From a bacterium (GTDB lineage Bacteria > Cyanobacteriota > Vampirovibrionia > Gastranaerophilales > CAZEDP01), in NCBI GenBank assembly GCA_043797105.1, contig JAZDPZ010000009.1, forward strand, positions 44,570 to 108,569: a stretch of DNA of 64,000 nt. The letters are read 5' to 3'. The notes beneath the pieces are model-generated. The model was not told the DNA's origin. It worked only from the letters and a program-made list of their open reading frames with translations, and made no database searches. Below, piece by piece: positions 35,833-45,204 of this stretch (positions are counted from its first letter, which is position 1; every line of letters begins with the position of its first letter). A program made the position numbers and the translations under genes.

Positions 35833-36128
35833 ATATAGATTACCTCATTTAAAATATATTTTTTGAGAGCAGGTTTGATTCCACTTTTTATTACAAGATC
35901 AACTTTTTTACCCAAAATCTCGCTTAACCAGCTTTCAAAAGAACAAAATTTAAATAATGACATATTAGCATCTTCAGTAAAGGCTACTAATATGTCAACA
36001 TCACTATTTTCATTTTGCTCTTCTCTGACATAAGAGCCAAAGATGCCAATCTCAGTAATTTTATATTTTTTCTCTATGTCAGGTTTAAGTTCTTTGAGTT
36101 TTTGAATTATTTTTTCTCTTTCTTTCAT
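35829..36128 (-). CDS. mntA: MntA-like minimal nucleotidyltransferase antitoxin
   Basis: GIFGSYVREEQNENSDVDILV is the GSx10-ish DxD NTase motif. The ATG at 36128 is preferred over the TTG at 36152. Confidence 0.85.
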   Translation of the reverse strand: MKEREKIIQKLKELKPDIEKKYKITEIGIFGSYVREEQNENSDVDILVAFTEDANMSLFKFCSFESWLSEILGKKVDLVIKSGIKPALKKYILNEVIYI

Positions 36129-36132
36129 AAAA

Positions 36133-36846
36133 TTAATCTCTATTCCTGCCAAAAAGAACCCATACCCAATAAAGAAGCTCTATTAAAGCATATAATGCCA
36201 CGGCAACATAAGTAAGAGCTGCTGCTGTGAGTACTTTTCTGGCTCCGTTTATTTCATTTCCAACAAAATAACCACCGCCAGCAAGGGCTTTCATTGCTTT
36301 ATGGCTGGCGTTTAATTCAACAGGAAGGGTTATAAAGTGGAATAAAACCACACTTCCATAAAGAGCAATTCCGGCAAGAGCAATAAGAGTGCTAAGCTCT
36401 CCTAAATGCGTAAAATATCTTAAACCAAGACCAGCCATAAGAAGCAATGGACCAATAGTCTGTCCGGCTTGAACAGCAGGAAGTATTCCTGATCTTAATC
36501 TCATTGGAATATTGCCTTGATAATCCTGAATGGCATGCCCGACTTCATGAGCCGCTATTCCAAAAGCTGCAACTGAATCACCATGATAAATTTCTTCGGA
36601 TAAACGCACAACTTTTTTTGAAGGGTCATAATGATCGCTTAATGTGCCTGTTGTTGATTCTATCCGAACATCATAAACTCCTGCATTCTCTAATAAAGAT
36701 TTTGCTACTTGAGCGCCGGTTAATCCTCTTGTTGCCCTAACTTTTGAAAATTTTGCAAAAGTATTTTTCACAAGCATTTGAGGCGCAAAAACTAAAATCA
36801 TGCCAACTACTGAAATAAGCATATAAACTGGATCAAAATAAAACAT
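36133..36846 (-). CDS. YugP-family putative neutral zinc metallopeptidase
   Basis: It has HEVGHAIQ (HExxH), flanking TM segments, and a size (237 aa) typical of Zn_peptidase_2. Confidence 0.85.
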   Translation of the reverse strand: MFYFDPVYMLISVVGMILVFAPQMLVKNTFAKFSKVRATRGLTGAQVAKSLLENAGVYDVRIESTTGTLSDHYDPSKKVVRLSEEIYHGDSVAAFGIAAHEVGHAIQDYQGNIPMRLRSGILPAVQAGQTIGPLLLMAGLGLRYFTHLGELSTLIALAGIALYGSVVLFHFITLPVELNASHKAMKALAGGGYFVGNEINGARKVLTAAALTYVAVALYALIELLYWVWVLFGRNRD

Positions 36847-36885
36847 TTTTTTTCTCCTATATTTTTAATTTTAAAATTAATTATT

Positions 36886-37836
36886 TTACTCGAATTTATC
36901 GTTTTTTTTAATTCTGGCTCCGTTATACCAAGAAACCGCATCCATAATATTTTTGCCTGCCGGTTGTACTTGTTTAAGTATTATTGAACCGTCTCCGGTA
37001 ATAACTTCTATGCCATTATTAATTATACCAACTATTTTACCCAAATTATCAATATTAATTATTTTTTTAGTATTTGTTTGTTTTAATTCGGTTTGAGAAA
37101 TTTTAATCATATTTTCTTTAAAATAAGTATAGCTTGACGGAAAAGGCTTCATTCCTCTAATTTTATTATGAATAACATTTGACGATTCTGTCCAGTTGAT
37201 TTTGCCGTCTTCTTTTTTTAGTTTTGGAGCATGAGAAGCTTGTTTTTCATCCTGAGAAAGAGGTGTTAAAGTTTTATTGTCTAATCCGGCAATACTGTCA
37301 TAAAGCATTTGAGGTCCTGTATTGGCAATGATATTTGATAGCTCGACAGCATCCATATTTTCGGGCATTAAAATTTCTTTTTTTAAAAGCGTCGGACCTG
37401 TGTCAACTTCGACTTCCGAAAGCATGGTTGTTATGCCTGTAACTTTGTCCCCATTGATTATTGCCCATTGAATAGGATTTGGTCCTCTATATTTTGGCAA
37501 AAGAGAAGAATGAAGATTAATTACGCCTAATCTTGGAATATCCAAAAGCTCTTTGCTTAAAATTTGACCAAAAGCAACTGTTATAAAAGCATCAGGTCTT
37601 AATTCTCTTAATATATTAATTAAATTTTCATCATCTCTAATGCGTTTTGGCTGATAAATTTTTATATTGTAAGTTTCTGCCAATATTTTAACAGGTGAAG
37701 GAGTAAGTTTCTGCCCTCTTTTAGCCGGCTTATCAGGTTGCGTAATTACTGTTAAAACTTCTACATCTTCTTTTTTAATAAAGTATTCTAAAGAAGGCAC
37801 AGCCAACTTTGGGGTTCCTAAAAATATTATTTTCAT
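36886..37836 (-). CDS. fmt: Methionyl-tRNA formyltransferase
   Basis: It has MKIIFLGTP, INLHSSLLPKYRGPNPIQWAI and the C-terminal Fmt domain. Confidence 0.95.
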   Translation of the reverse strand: MKIIFLGTPKLAVPSLEYFIKKEDVEVLTVITQPDKPAKRGQKLTPSPVKILAETYNIKIYQPKRIRDDENLINILRELRPDAFITVAFGQILSKELLDIPRLGVINLHSSLLPKYRGPNPIQWAIINGDKVTGITTMLSEVEVDTGPTLLKKEILMPENMDAVELSNIIANTGPQMLYDSIAGLDNKTLTPLSQDEKQASHAPKLKKEDGKINWTESSNVIHNKIRGMKPFPSSYTYFKENMIKISQTELKQTNTKKIINIDNLGKIVGIINNGIEVITGDGSIILKQVQPAGKNIMDAVSWYNGARIKKNDKFE

Positions 37837-37844
37837 ATAAATTT

Positions 37845-38450
37845 TTATACCTCGCTTGATGCTTTTTCAGTTTGTTTTTGAATTTCTTCCTGCTCCCGGA
37901 TTAATTTTTCCAGTTCTTCTTCTTTAAGCAAATATTGCGGATTAACAGGAGGCAGACCTTTACTTGCCAGTTGTTCGTTTGTTGATTCTATATTTCTGGC
38001 GTGGTCAATAAAAAGAATACCGTCAAGATGGTCATTTTCATGCTGAATAGCTCTGGTTAAAAGTCCTCCGCTTTTGGTTTCTATTGTGAATGGTTTACCT
38101 TTTTTGTTTATAGCTTTTATTGTTATAGCAGAATAACGCCTCACATTTGTGTATGCCTGCGGAAAACTCAGACAGCCTTCATAACTGACCATGACTCCTG
38201 ATTTTTTAATAATTCTTGGATTTATAAAAATTATAGGATTTAAAGGTTCATCACCTTTTGAAGTATCAATCACAAATATTTTGTAACTTTCTCCTATTTG
38301 AGGAGCAGCAAGACCAACACCATCCTGAGCATACATAGTATCAAGCAAATCATCAACAATTCTTAAAATTTTGGTTGATATTTTACGTATTTCTTTTGTA
38401 GGTGTTCTTAAAATTTTATCGTTGTATTTAACTATATTAAGTACAGTCAT
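37845..38450 (-). CDS. def: Peptide deformylase (with ~35-aa charged C-terminal tail)
   Basis: It has GVGLAAPQIG, EGCLSFP and QHENDHLDG. Confidence 0.95.
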   Translation of the reverse strand: MTVLNIVKYNDKILRTPTKEIRKISTKILRIVDDLLDTMYAQDGVGLAAPQIGESYKIFVIDTSKGDEPLNPIIFINPRIIKKSGVMVSYEGCLSFPQAYTNVRRYSAITIKAINKKGKPFTIETKSGGLLTRAIQHENDHLDGILFIDHARNIESTNEQLASKGLPPVNPQYLLKEEELEKLIREQEEIQKQTEKASSEV

Positions 38451-38620
38451 TATTAGTTATCCAAGTTATTTAACATTATTATTATAATACCACAAAAGTA
38501 ACTACGCAGGTAGTTTAAAAATTTATTTGAGCTAAAGGATTAATAAGAGTCTCAAGAACATTCTTGCCTTACTTTTTAGTAGTCTTAATAATATAGTAAA
38601 CACATTAATTAATACTATTT

Positions 38621-38699
38621 TGTCATTTAGAGTGGCGTAGCCCGAAGAATCTCATAGATTGTTGATTCTTAGATTGCTTCGCTGTGCTTGCAAATGACG
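38621..38699. repeat. MITE-like palindromic repeat, short form
   Basis: 'tgtcatttagagtggcgtagcccgaagaatctcatagattgttgattcttagattgcttcgctgtgcttgcaaatgac'. Confidence 0.7.
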
Positions 38700-38831
38700 T
38701 ATTAACTTATTCGTTTGCTATAGAAGCTATTACATCATGAGATTTTCTGAAATATCAACAATTTTTTTGATGAACGACACGATTTTTCAACGCTCTCTCA
38801 GAAGCATTATTTGTTGCCGGCGCTTTTGAAT

Positions 38832-39497
38832 TTATACTAAACCTTCTTTTATAGCCTTTACTGCTGCTTGAGTTCTATCATCAACCACTAATTTTTGTAT
38901 AATATTGCAAACATGAGCTTTTGCAGTATGTTCACTAATTTTAAGTTCTTCTGCAATTTCATTATTAGATTTTCCTTCTACTACAAGTTTTAGAACTTCA
39001 TATTCTCTTTCAGTTAAATTTGCATGTTCTGCCTTAAAATTAGCTCTTGAATTAGGTTTATTTTGGGGAAAAATTAAACTTTTTTGCATTACTACTCTTG
39101 CTACAGCAGGATCCAACCAAAAAGCGCCCTCATTTACAGATTTAATAACAGCTATTAAATATTCTGTTTTAATATCTTTCATTACATAAGCATTAGCTCC
39201 GGCTGCCAAAGACTGCATAATTTCATTTTCATCATTATGGGAAGTTAGTATTATAATTTTAATATCAGGATTAAATTCTTTTATTTTTTTTGTAGCTTCA
39301 ATACCATCCATAACAGGAAGACCTATATCCATCAAAACTACATTAGGATTACACTCTTTTACAAGTTTAACAGCAGTTTGTCCATCTTCTGCCTCTCCGA
39401 TTACTTCGAGAGTTGGATATTCTTCAAAAATTGCTTTTAAACCAACCCTTAATAATTTATGATCTTCTACCATAAATAGTTTTATTTTTTCAGGCAT
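38832..39497 (-). CDS. NarL/FixJ-family response regulator (REC + LuxR-type HTH)
   Basis: The REC domain shows DH...VVLMDIGLPVMDG...ILTS. The HTH is LTEREYEVLKLVVEGKSNNEIAEELKISEHTAKAHVCNIIQKL. Confidence 0.9.
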   Translation of the reverse strand: MPEKIKLFMVEDHKLLRVGLKAIFEEYPTLEVIGEAEDGQTAVKLVKECNPNVVLMDIGLPVMDGIEATKKIKEFNPDIKIIILTSHNDENEIMQSLAAGANAYVMKDIKTEYLIAVIKSVNEGAFWLDPAVARVVMQKSLIFPQNKPNSRANFKAEHANLTEREYEVLKLVVEGKSNNEIAEELKISEHTAKAHVCNIIQKLVVDDRTQAAVKAIKEGLV

Positions 39498-39605
39498 ATT
39501 TTTTTTCCTTAGTCAAATATTTTTTCTTTATTTAGTTTTAACCTAAGTTAAAACATTATCATCAGCCATTTAACTAACTAAAATATTAAAAAATATATTA
39601 TCCAC

Positions 39606-40172
39606 TTATAAATTAAATAAAAGTTCTAGAATTTTATTTTTTTCTATACCTGTTTTTGCTGAAAATGGTATTATTTCAGTATTTAAACTTTTTGAAATAT
39701 TTTCTATAGATTTATTTCCTTCAATTTTAGAAAGAGTATCAATTTTTGTGGCAACTGTTAGTATAAAAATTTTATGATAATTTAGCCAATCTCTCATTTT
39801 AAAGTCATTATTTTGAACTTCATGCCTTGAATCAATTAGTTGAATTACAGCTTTTAAAGATTTTCTGCAAATTAAGTATTCTTCAAGGGTCTTTTTCCAT
39901 TTTTGTTGTTCAGTTTTTGATAATTTAGCATAACCATAACCGGGAAGATCAACTATAATTAATTTATTATTTATTTTATAAAAATTGATTAATCTTGTTT
40001 TTCCAGGAGTATTACTTGTTTTAGCTAATTTTTTTCTTCCTGTAATTGTATTAATAAAGGATGATTTTCCAACATTAGATCTGCCTATCATTGCAATTTC
40101 AGGTAAATCAAAATCAGGACAATTTTTAAAACAATCTGAGCTGGTTATAAATTCAGCGCTTAATATTTTCAT
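39606..40172 (-). CDS. engB: Ribosome biogenesis GTPase EngB/YsxC
   Basis: It has GRSNVGKSSFIN, DLPGYGYA and TKID. Confidence 0.9.
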   Translation of the reverse strand: MKILSAEFITSSDCFKNCPDFDLPEIAMIGRSNVGKSSFINTITGRKKLAKTSNTPGKTRLINFYKINNKLIIVDLPGYGYAKLSKTEQQKWKKTLEEYLICRKSLKAVIQLIDSRHEVQNNDFKMRDWLNYHKIFILTVATKIDTLSKIEGNKSIENISKSLNTEIIPFSAKTGIEKNKILELLFNL

Positions 40173-40464
40173 TTTTCATTTTCTGTTCGTATTTTCTCCA
40201 AGTATTAGTAAGGAGATTATAGCACTTTTTATTGTTTAACACAGAAAAATAAATAAATTCATCTTTTTCAATATCAGTTTTTATATATGATTTTGCATCA
40301 AAAGAATTATCAAATTTTTTTGTAATAAAGAAATTTTTTTCTTTTTTAGAGGAAAAATCATTTGTTTCTATAAGGATAAATTTAATAATTTTATCCTTTA
40401 TTATGCTTAAAGCTTCAGAGTTGAATATATCAAAAGTTTTAAATATATCAAAAATTTTTTTCAT
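40153..40464 (-). CDS. Hypothetical 103-aa protein
   Basis: ORF only. It lies between pit and engB and overlaps engB by 20 nt. Confidence 0.3.
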   Translation of the reverse strand: MKKIFDIFKTFDIFNSEALSIIKDKIIKFILIETNDFSSKKEKNFFITKKFDNSFDAKSYIKTDIEKDEFIYFSVLNNKKCYNLLTNTWRKYEQKMKNENIKR

Positions 40465-40471
40465 AAAATAA

Positions 40472-41470
40472 TTAAAATATATTTTTAATGGTAGTTATAA
40501 AAAAGTAAATTAGACCGGCAAGTATCATACATGTCGGAATAGTTAAAATCCATGCCACAACTATATTTCCAACAAGACCCCATCTGACTGCGGAAAATCT
40601 CTTTGTGCTGCCTACTCCCATTATTGAGCTTGAAATAACATGAGTAGTGCTGACTGGTATACCAAAGTGAGAAGCTGTTAAAATAACTCCGGCAGCAGAA
40701 GTTTCCGCAGCAAAACCATGAATAGGTTTTAGTTTAATAACTTTACTTCCCATAGTGCGAATAATTTTCCAACCTCCAGCCATAGTTCCCATAGCCATCA
40801 TAAAAGCACATATAACGATGACCCACAAGGGAACATTAAAATCTTTCAAAGCTCCAAAGCTAAATAAAGCCAAAGTTATTATACCCATAGTTTTTTGAGC
40901 GTCATTTGAACCATGACTGAATGCCATTATACCTGATGAAACTAACTGTAATTTTCTAAAATATTTATTAATCTTATCAGGATTAACTTTACAAAATAGT
41001 CTCATTAGAATCAACATAAGAATAAAACCAAAAACAATGCCAATTATAGGAGAACTTATCATTGGAATAATAACTTTTTGCAATACTCCTGCGCTGTTGA
41101 CAATAGTCAGACCTTTATGCACAACAGCCGCTCCAATAAGTCCGCCTATTAAAGCATGTGAAGAACTTGAAGGAATACCATAATACCAGGTAAATAAATT
41201 CCAGATTATTGCTCCAAGAAGAGCGCATAAAATAACTAATTGATTTATGCTCTCAGAAGCTACCATTCCAGACCCTATGGTTTTTGCAACATGAGTTCCA
41301 AAAAATGCTCCAAAAAAGTTTAAAACAGCTCCATAAACTATAGCGACTCTCGGAGTTAAAACTTTTGTCGAAACAATAGTAGCAATTGCGTTTGCTGAAT
41401 CATGAAAACCGTTTATATATTCAAAAGCCAAAGCTGTCAATATTACCAAAATTAATAATGTTAAAACCAT
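40472..41470 (-). CDS. pit: Inorganic phosphate transporter, PiT family
   Basis: GFHDSANAIAT and HGSNDAQKTMG are the duplicated PiT signature. The protein is polytopic. Confidence 0.9.
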   Translation of the reverse strand: MVLTLLILVILTALAFEYINGFHDSANAIATIVSTKVLTPRVAIVYGAVLNFFGAFFGTHVAKTIGSGMVASESINQLVILCALLGAIIWNLFTWYYGIPSSSSHALIGGLIGAAVVHKGLTIVNSAGVLQKVIIPMISSPIIGIVFGFILMLILMRLFCKVNPDKINKYFRKLQLVSSGIMAFSHGSNDAQKTMGIITLALFSFGALKDFNVPLWVIVICAFMMAMGTMAGGWKIIRTMGSKVIKLKPIHGFAAETSAAGVILTASHFGIPVSTTHVISSSIMGVGSTKRFSAVRWGLVGNIVVAWILTIPTCMILAGLIYFFITTIKNIF

Positions 41471-41567
41471 AACCCTTACCTCATTTTCCTACTTAATATC
41501 AATATTTCCTTATCAATTTTTCTCATTTGAAATAATCGTTAAGGATAAATAATGCAGTATTACTGAT

Positions 41568-42206
41568 TTATCCGTGTTTTAAAACAATATTTACTATAGA
41601 ATCAGAAACCGTAAAACAAAGATCAAGAGCGTTTTCAATATCTTTATGAATATCTCTTAATTTTAATACTGTCAAAGCGTCGTATTTACCTGAAAATAAA
41701 TCATCCATAGCTTTATAGAGAATTTCATCTCCATGGCTTTCAATTTCTCTCATTCTTTGATTACTTTCAGTAACTTCTTTAATTTGAGTAACTTTTCTCA
41801 AAAGAGAAACTATAAAAATTAATTCATCAGCAGCTTTTACAAGAGTTTCAGCTTGTTTTTTCATATTTTCATTATAATTTTCAAGCCTGTATACTTTTAA
41901 ATTTAAACAGGCTTTAACAATCTTTCTGGTTATCTTATTTAAAAGAGAAGCAATAAACTGTATATCCTCTCTGTCTATCGGTGTAACAAATGTAGTATTA
42001 AGCTGAACCAGTGTTTGTTTTGCTATGTCATTGCTTTTATGTTTGAGGGTTTTTGCCTGAATCACACATTCTTCATTAAAGCCTTTGTGCATAATGCCAT
42101 GAAAGAGCTTTGCTATTTCACTACAAACCTCAGCACTATCTTCAAAGAGAGTATAAAAAATCTTTTCTTCAGGTGGTAACATTTTTTCAAAAAAGCCTAA
42201 TTTCAT
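41568..42206 (-). CDS. DUF47 / PhoU-like regulator paired with PiT
   Basis: The 212-aa helical protein begins FFEKMLPPEEKIFYTLFE and has the PiT-adjacent position typical of the TIGR00153 family. Confidence 0.8.
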   Translation of the reverse strand: MKLGFFEKMLPPEEKIFYTLFEDSAEVCSEIAKLFHGIMHKGFNEECVIQAKTLKHKSNDIAKQTLVQLNTTFVTPIDREDIQFIASLLNKITRKIVKACLNLKVYRLENYNENMKKQAETLVKAADELIFIVSLLRKVTQIKEVTESNQRMREIESHGDEILYKAMDDLFSGKYDALTVLKLRDIHKDIENALDLCFTVSDSIVNIVLKHG

Positions 42207-42236
42207 AGTTAAAACCTCCTATGTTATAAAATCTTT

Positions 42237-42375
42237 TATAATATCAAAAATTACTTAATTACCTTTGCGTCAAGTAATTTTTTAAATACTTGTCCTCATT
42301 GCCTATTCTCTTACTATAATATCAAATTACTTAATTACCTCTGCGTCAAGTAATTTTTTAACATCCGCCCTCATT
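42237..42375 (-). repeat. Tandem ~77-bp duplication of the 3' end of the Tmk-like gene
   Basis: 42237-42300 is 'tataatatcaaaaattacttaattacctttgcgtcaagtaattttttaaatacttgtcctcatt'. 42315-42375 is 'tataatatcaaattacttaattacctctgcgtcaagtaattttttaacatccgccctcatt'. Confidence 0.7.
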
Positions 42376-43004
42376 TTTGATTGTATAAAATCAATGCTTG
42401 CAGTTCCATTTATTGTAATAAAATTATATTCTTTTACCATTTTTGAATATTCAGCAAGGATTCTCCTTTGATAAAGTTTGAAACTTTCATAAAAATCAGT
42501 GCTTAGACCTATATCACGACCTGACTCATAATAATCAAGACCGCTTGTCGCAATAATTCTTTTTAAAAGAGTATCCACAGGCATTTTAAAATAAAAAATT
42601 ATATCCGGTTTAGGCGCAAAGTCATAAAGTTTTCTTACCCATATAGGACTAACTCCTCTTACCACGTCTCTTGCGTAAGCAGTATAGGTATATCTGTCAA
42701 CAAGAACGATTAATCCTGCTTTTAACGCAGGAATAATATTATTTTCCAATCTGTCCGCAAAATCTGACGCATATAAAAGACTAAATGTATTAGCATTAAG
42801 CAGATTACGTTCTTTTGCCTTATCAATAACCTTAGCCAAAAGTCTTGATGTTTTCCATTCACTGACCATTACGCCATAGCTTTCGATAGCCAGCCATTCC
42901 CGTAATTTTTCTATCTGTGTGGTTCTTCCTGAACCGTCAGTTCCTTCTATGACTATTAATAATCCTGGATGTCCATGCTTTGTTTTTGGATTAATATTGT
43001 CCAT
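42327..43004 (-). CDS. Thymidylate kinase-like P-loop kinase, paralog A
   Basis: The P-loop is IEGTDGSGRTTQ. LLYASDFADR and VDRYTYTAYA correspond to the Tmk DR(Y/F) region. The LID region is atypical. Confidence 0.7.
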   Translation of the reverse strand: MDNINPKTKHGHPGLLIVIEGTDGSGRTTQIEKLREWLAIESYGVMVSEWKTSRLLAKVIDKAKERNLLNANTFSLLYASDFADRLENNIIPALKAGLIVLVDRYTYTAYARDVVRGVSPIWVRKLYDFAPKPDIIFYFKMPVDTLLKRIIATSGLDYYESGRDIGLSTDFYESFKLYQRRILAEYSKMVKEYNFITINGTASIDFIQSKMRADVKKLLDAEVIK

Positions 43005-43009
43005 AAAAT

Positions 43010-43681
43010 TTATATCTTTATTCCTTTGTCTTTAAGTTTATCCTTGACAATATCTCTAAATAATAACTGTTGATTGTGAATAGTATCAGTCGCATCAATT
43101 TTAATAAGTCCGTATTCATTTATCATCTTATCATATTCAGAAATAACCATACTTTGAAAAATTTTATAACTTTCATGAGGATCACTGCTTAAATGCAAAT
43201 CCATTCCTGCTTCATAAAATTTTGGTATACGATTTAGGCAGATTCTATCAAGAGAAATCTCTGAGCTTACTTTAAAATATACTGCCAAATCAGGTTTTAT
43301 AGCAAATCCGTACATATTTCTTACCCAGTTAGCATCCACCTGCCTTGCAGCATCCCTTGCAAATGCAGTAAATACATACCTGTCAGCCAATACAATAAAC
43401 CCGGCTTTTAGAGATGGAACTATTATTTGTTCCAGTCTGTCAGCAAAATCAATGGCATGAAGCAAACTGAAAGTTCTTGGGCTGAGAAGATTTTTTTTCT
43501 TAGCTTTTTTAGTGGTTTCAGAAATAAGTCTTGAGGAATTCCATTCTGTAAAAATAACTTCTCCTATGGTTGAAGTTAGCCAATCTCTTAAAAGAGCCAG
43601 TTGAGTACTCTTTCCAGAACCGTCTATTCCTTCTACAACGATTAATATACCAGGTAAATTATGATTTTGATTTAAACGCAT
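43010..43681 (-). CDS. Thymidylate kinase-like P-loop kinase, paralog B
   Basis: It has VEGIDGSGKSTQ, LLHAIDFADR and ADRYVFTAFA. It is clearly paralogous to the adjacent gene, 5 nt away. Confidence 0.7.
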   Translation of the reverse strand: MRLNQNHNLPGILIVVEGIDGSGKSTQLALLRDWLTSTIGEVIFTEWNSSRLISETTKKAKKKNLLSPRTFSLLHAIDFADRLEQIIVPSLKAGFIVLADRYVFTAFARDAARQVDANWVRNMYGFAIKPDLAVYFKVSSEISLDRICLNRIPKFYEAGMDLHLSSDPHESYKIFQSMVISEYDKMINEYGLIKIDATDTIHNQQLLFRDIVKDKLKDKGIKI

Positions 43682-43714
43682 ATTGTTTTTATTTTCTTTA
43701 CTCTTTTTAATAAA

Positions 43715-43828
43715 TTAATTTTTAAAGGGATTGTCTTCTAAAGTTGTTTTTATGAAATATAATAAAAATCCTACAAAGCAAGCTGTAACTATTAACATAC
43801 TTATAAATGGAACTAATTCATTATTCAT
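43715..43828 (-). CDS. Candidate 37-aa single-TM peptide
   Basis: AAGGAG lies 6 nt upstream of the ATG at 43828. The translation is MNNELVPFISMLIVTACFVGFLLYFIKTTLEDNPFKN. Confidence 0.35.
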   Translation of the reverse strand: MNNELVPFISMLIVTACFVGFLLYFIKTTLEDNPFKN

Positions 43829-43829
43829 T

Positions 43830-44063
43830 TTATTCTCCTTTATTCAAGGCATTAATATACATACTAATTTTTTTTATACAAATACTTAAAGTTAAAATAA
43901 TAATTATTTCACTAAATACACCAATGTAATATAACCAAATTTTAGTTATATTATTTACGGCTAAACTAGCTAAACCGCTTGATAAAACAATAAAAGCAGC
44001 CCAAAGATTAGTTTTAAAACTGTTATAATAGATCAATTTTTCTTTAATAGCTTCTTTATTCAT
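43830..44063 (-). CDS. Small 2-TM membrane protein (77 aa)
   Basis: It is an ORF with two hydrophobic segments. Confidence 0.4.
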   Translation of the reverse strand: MNKEAIKEKLIYYNSFKTNLWAAFIVLSSGLASLAVNNITKIWLYYIGVFSEIIIILTLSICIKKISMYINALNKGE

Positions 44064-44100
44064 AATTAAAATTATACTACAGAAATTTAGACAATATTGT

Positions 44101-45201
44101 TTAATTAACCTGTTTTTGTTTAATTAATATAAAAATTAAAATAAAAACTATTATATTTGGAACCCATGCCGCAATCATTGGAGAAATTATCCCAATTTGA
44201 GACAGCATTTCCAAAAAAGGAATAATCAAATAATATAAAAAAATTATCCCCACACCTATTGTAAAACCCAGATATCTCTTTTCTCTTGGTTTGCTAAATC
44301 CTAAAATTACTCCGCATATACTAAATAATATGCAGCTAAAGGATAATGAAAACCTTTGATGATATTTATTTAAAAAATAATGAAATTCATCCTGCATATC
44401 CATAGATTTTAAAAGTTTAATATAGTAATGTAATTCAGTTAAAGTCATTTCTTTGGCTTTTTTTGCAGAGTTAACCAAAAGTTTAAAGGCTTTCATAGAA
44501 GAATCCGGAGAAAAAATATTCAGACTTTTAAAAGAAATTATATTTTTATAAACTCCGTTTGGAGCAATTTGATACTCTGTGCCATTTTCCAATATCCAGT
44601 TATTTGCCGTATATTTAGCGCTATTAGCAGTAATAATTGTTTGTATAAGTGAAGTATCACCTGTTGCGTTTTCAGGAAATTTAAGCAGTTTAATATCTTC
44701 CATATTTGTTCCGTCATAATTGCCAATGATTAAAATTTGTTTTGGCTTGCCTGACTTTGTTTTATCAACATAAACAAAATGGCTTTGATTAATATCATGC
44801 TTTAAAGTTTTAAGGGTAGAAGTGCTGTAAGGAATAAGATGTTCATTAATTATAAAACACGTCCAGACTCCAATTGCGCTAAGAACTAATACAGGCAGTA
44901 TTAAACGAATAAAAGAGACTCCTATGCCTTTTATTATTGTTAATTCTGAATCTTTGCTTAATCTGTCAAACACAAAAAGGCTTCCTATCATAAGTCCGAC
45001 AGGAATAGCCTTTCCAAGAATTTCCGGCATTTCAAGAAAAAACAATTTTAAGGCTATATTAGCTGATATTTCACCATATACAACTTTTTTAACAATTTTA
45101 AATAAAATTTCAGGGGAAATCCAAACTATTATAAATACGATTATTCCTAAAATAGTTGCAAAAGCTACCTGCTTAAAAATATATTTATCAAGTATTTTCA
45201 T
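44101..45201 (-). CDS. LptF/LptG-family LPS export permease
   Basis: It has the MKILDKYIFKQ start and the YjgP/YjgQ topology of 3 TM, a periplasmic beta-jellyroll region, then 3 TM. The product is 366 aa. Confidence 0.85.
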   Translation of the reverse strand: MKILDKYIFKQVAFATILGIIVFIIVWISPEILFKIVKKVVYGEISANIALKLFFLEMPEILGKAIPVGLMIGSLFVFDRLSKDSELTIIKGIGVSFIRLILPVLVLSAIGVWTCFIINEHLIPYSTSTLKTLKHDINQSHFVYVDKTKSGKPKQILIIGNYDGTNMEDIKLLKFPENATGDTSLIQTIITANSAKYTANNWILENGTEYQIAPNGVYKNIISFKSLNIFSPDSSMKAFKLLVNSAKKAKEMTLTELHYYIKLLKSMDMQDEFHYFLNKYHQRFSLSFSCILFSICGVILGFSKPREKRYLGFTIGVGIIFLYYLIIPFLEMLSQIGIISPMIAAWVPNIIVFILIFILIKQKQVN

Positions 45202-45204
45202 ATT

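Noticed and set aside
38737-38830. Short plus-strand ORF (MRFSEISTIFLMNDTIFQRSLRSIICCRRF) between def and the response regulator
   Set aside because: It has no RBS and is only about 30 codons. It lies in the 3' flank of the response-regulator gene and is probably non-coding.
44538-44726. 62-aa same-strand ORF nested in the LptF/G gene
   Set aside because: It is in an alternative frame inside a well-supported membrane-protein CDS, with no independent signals.
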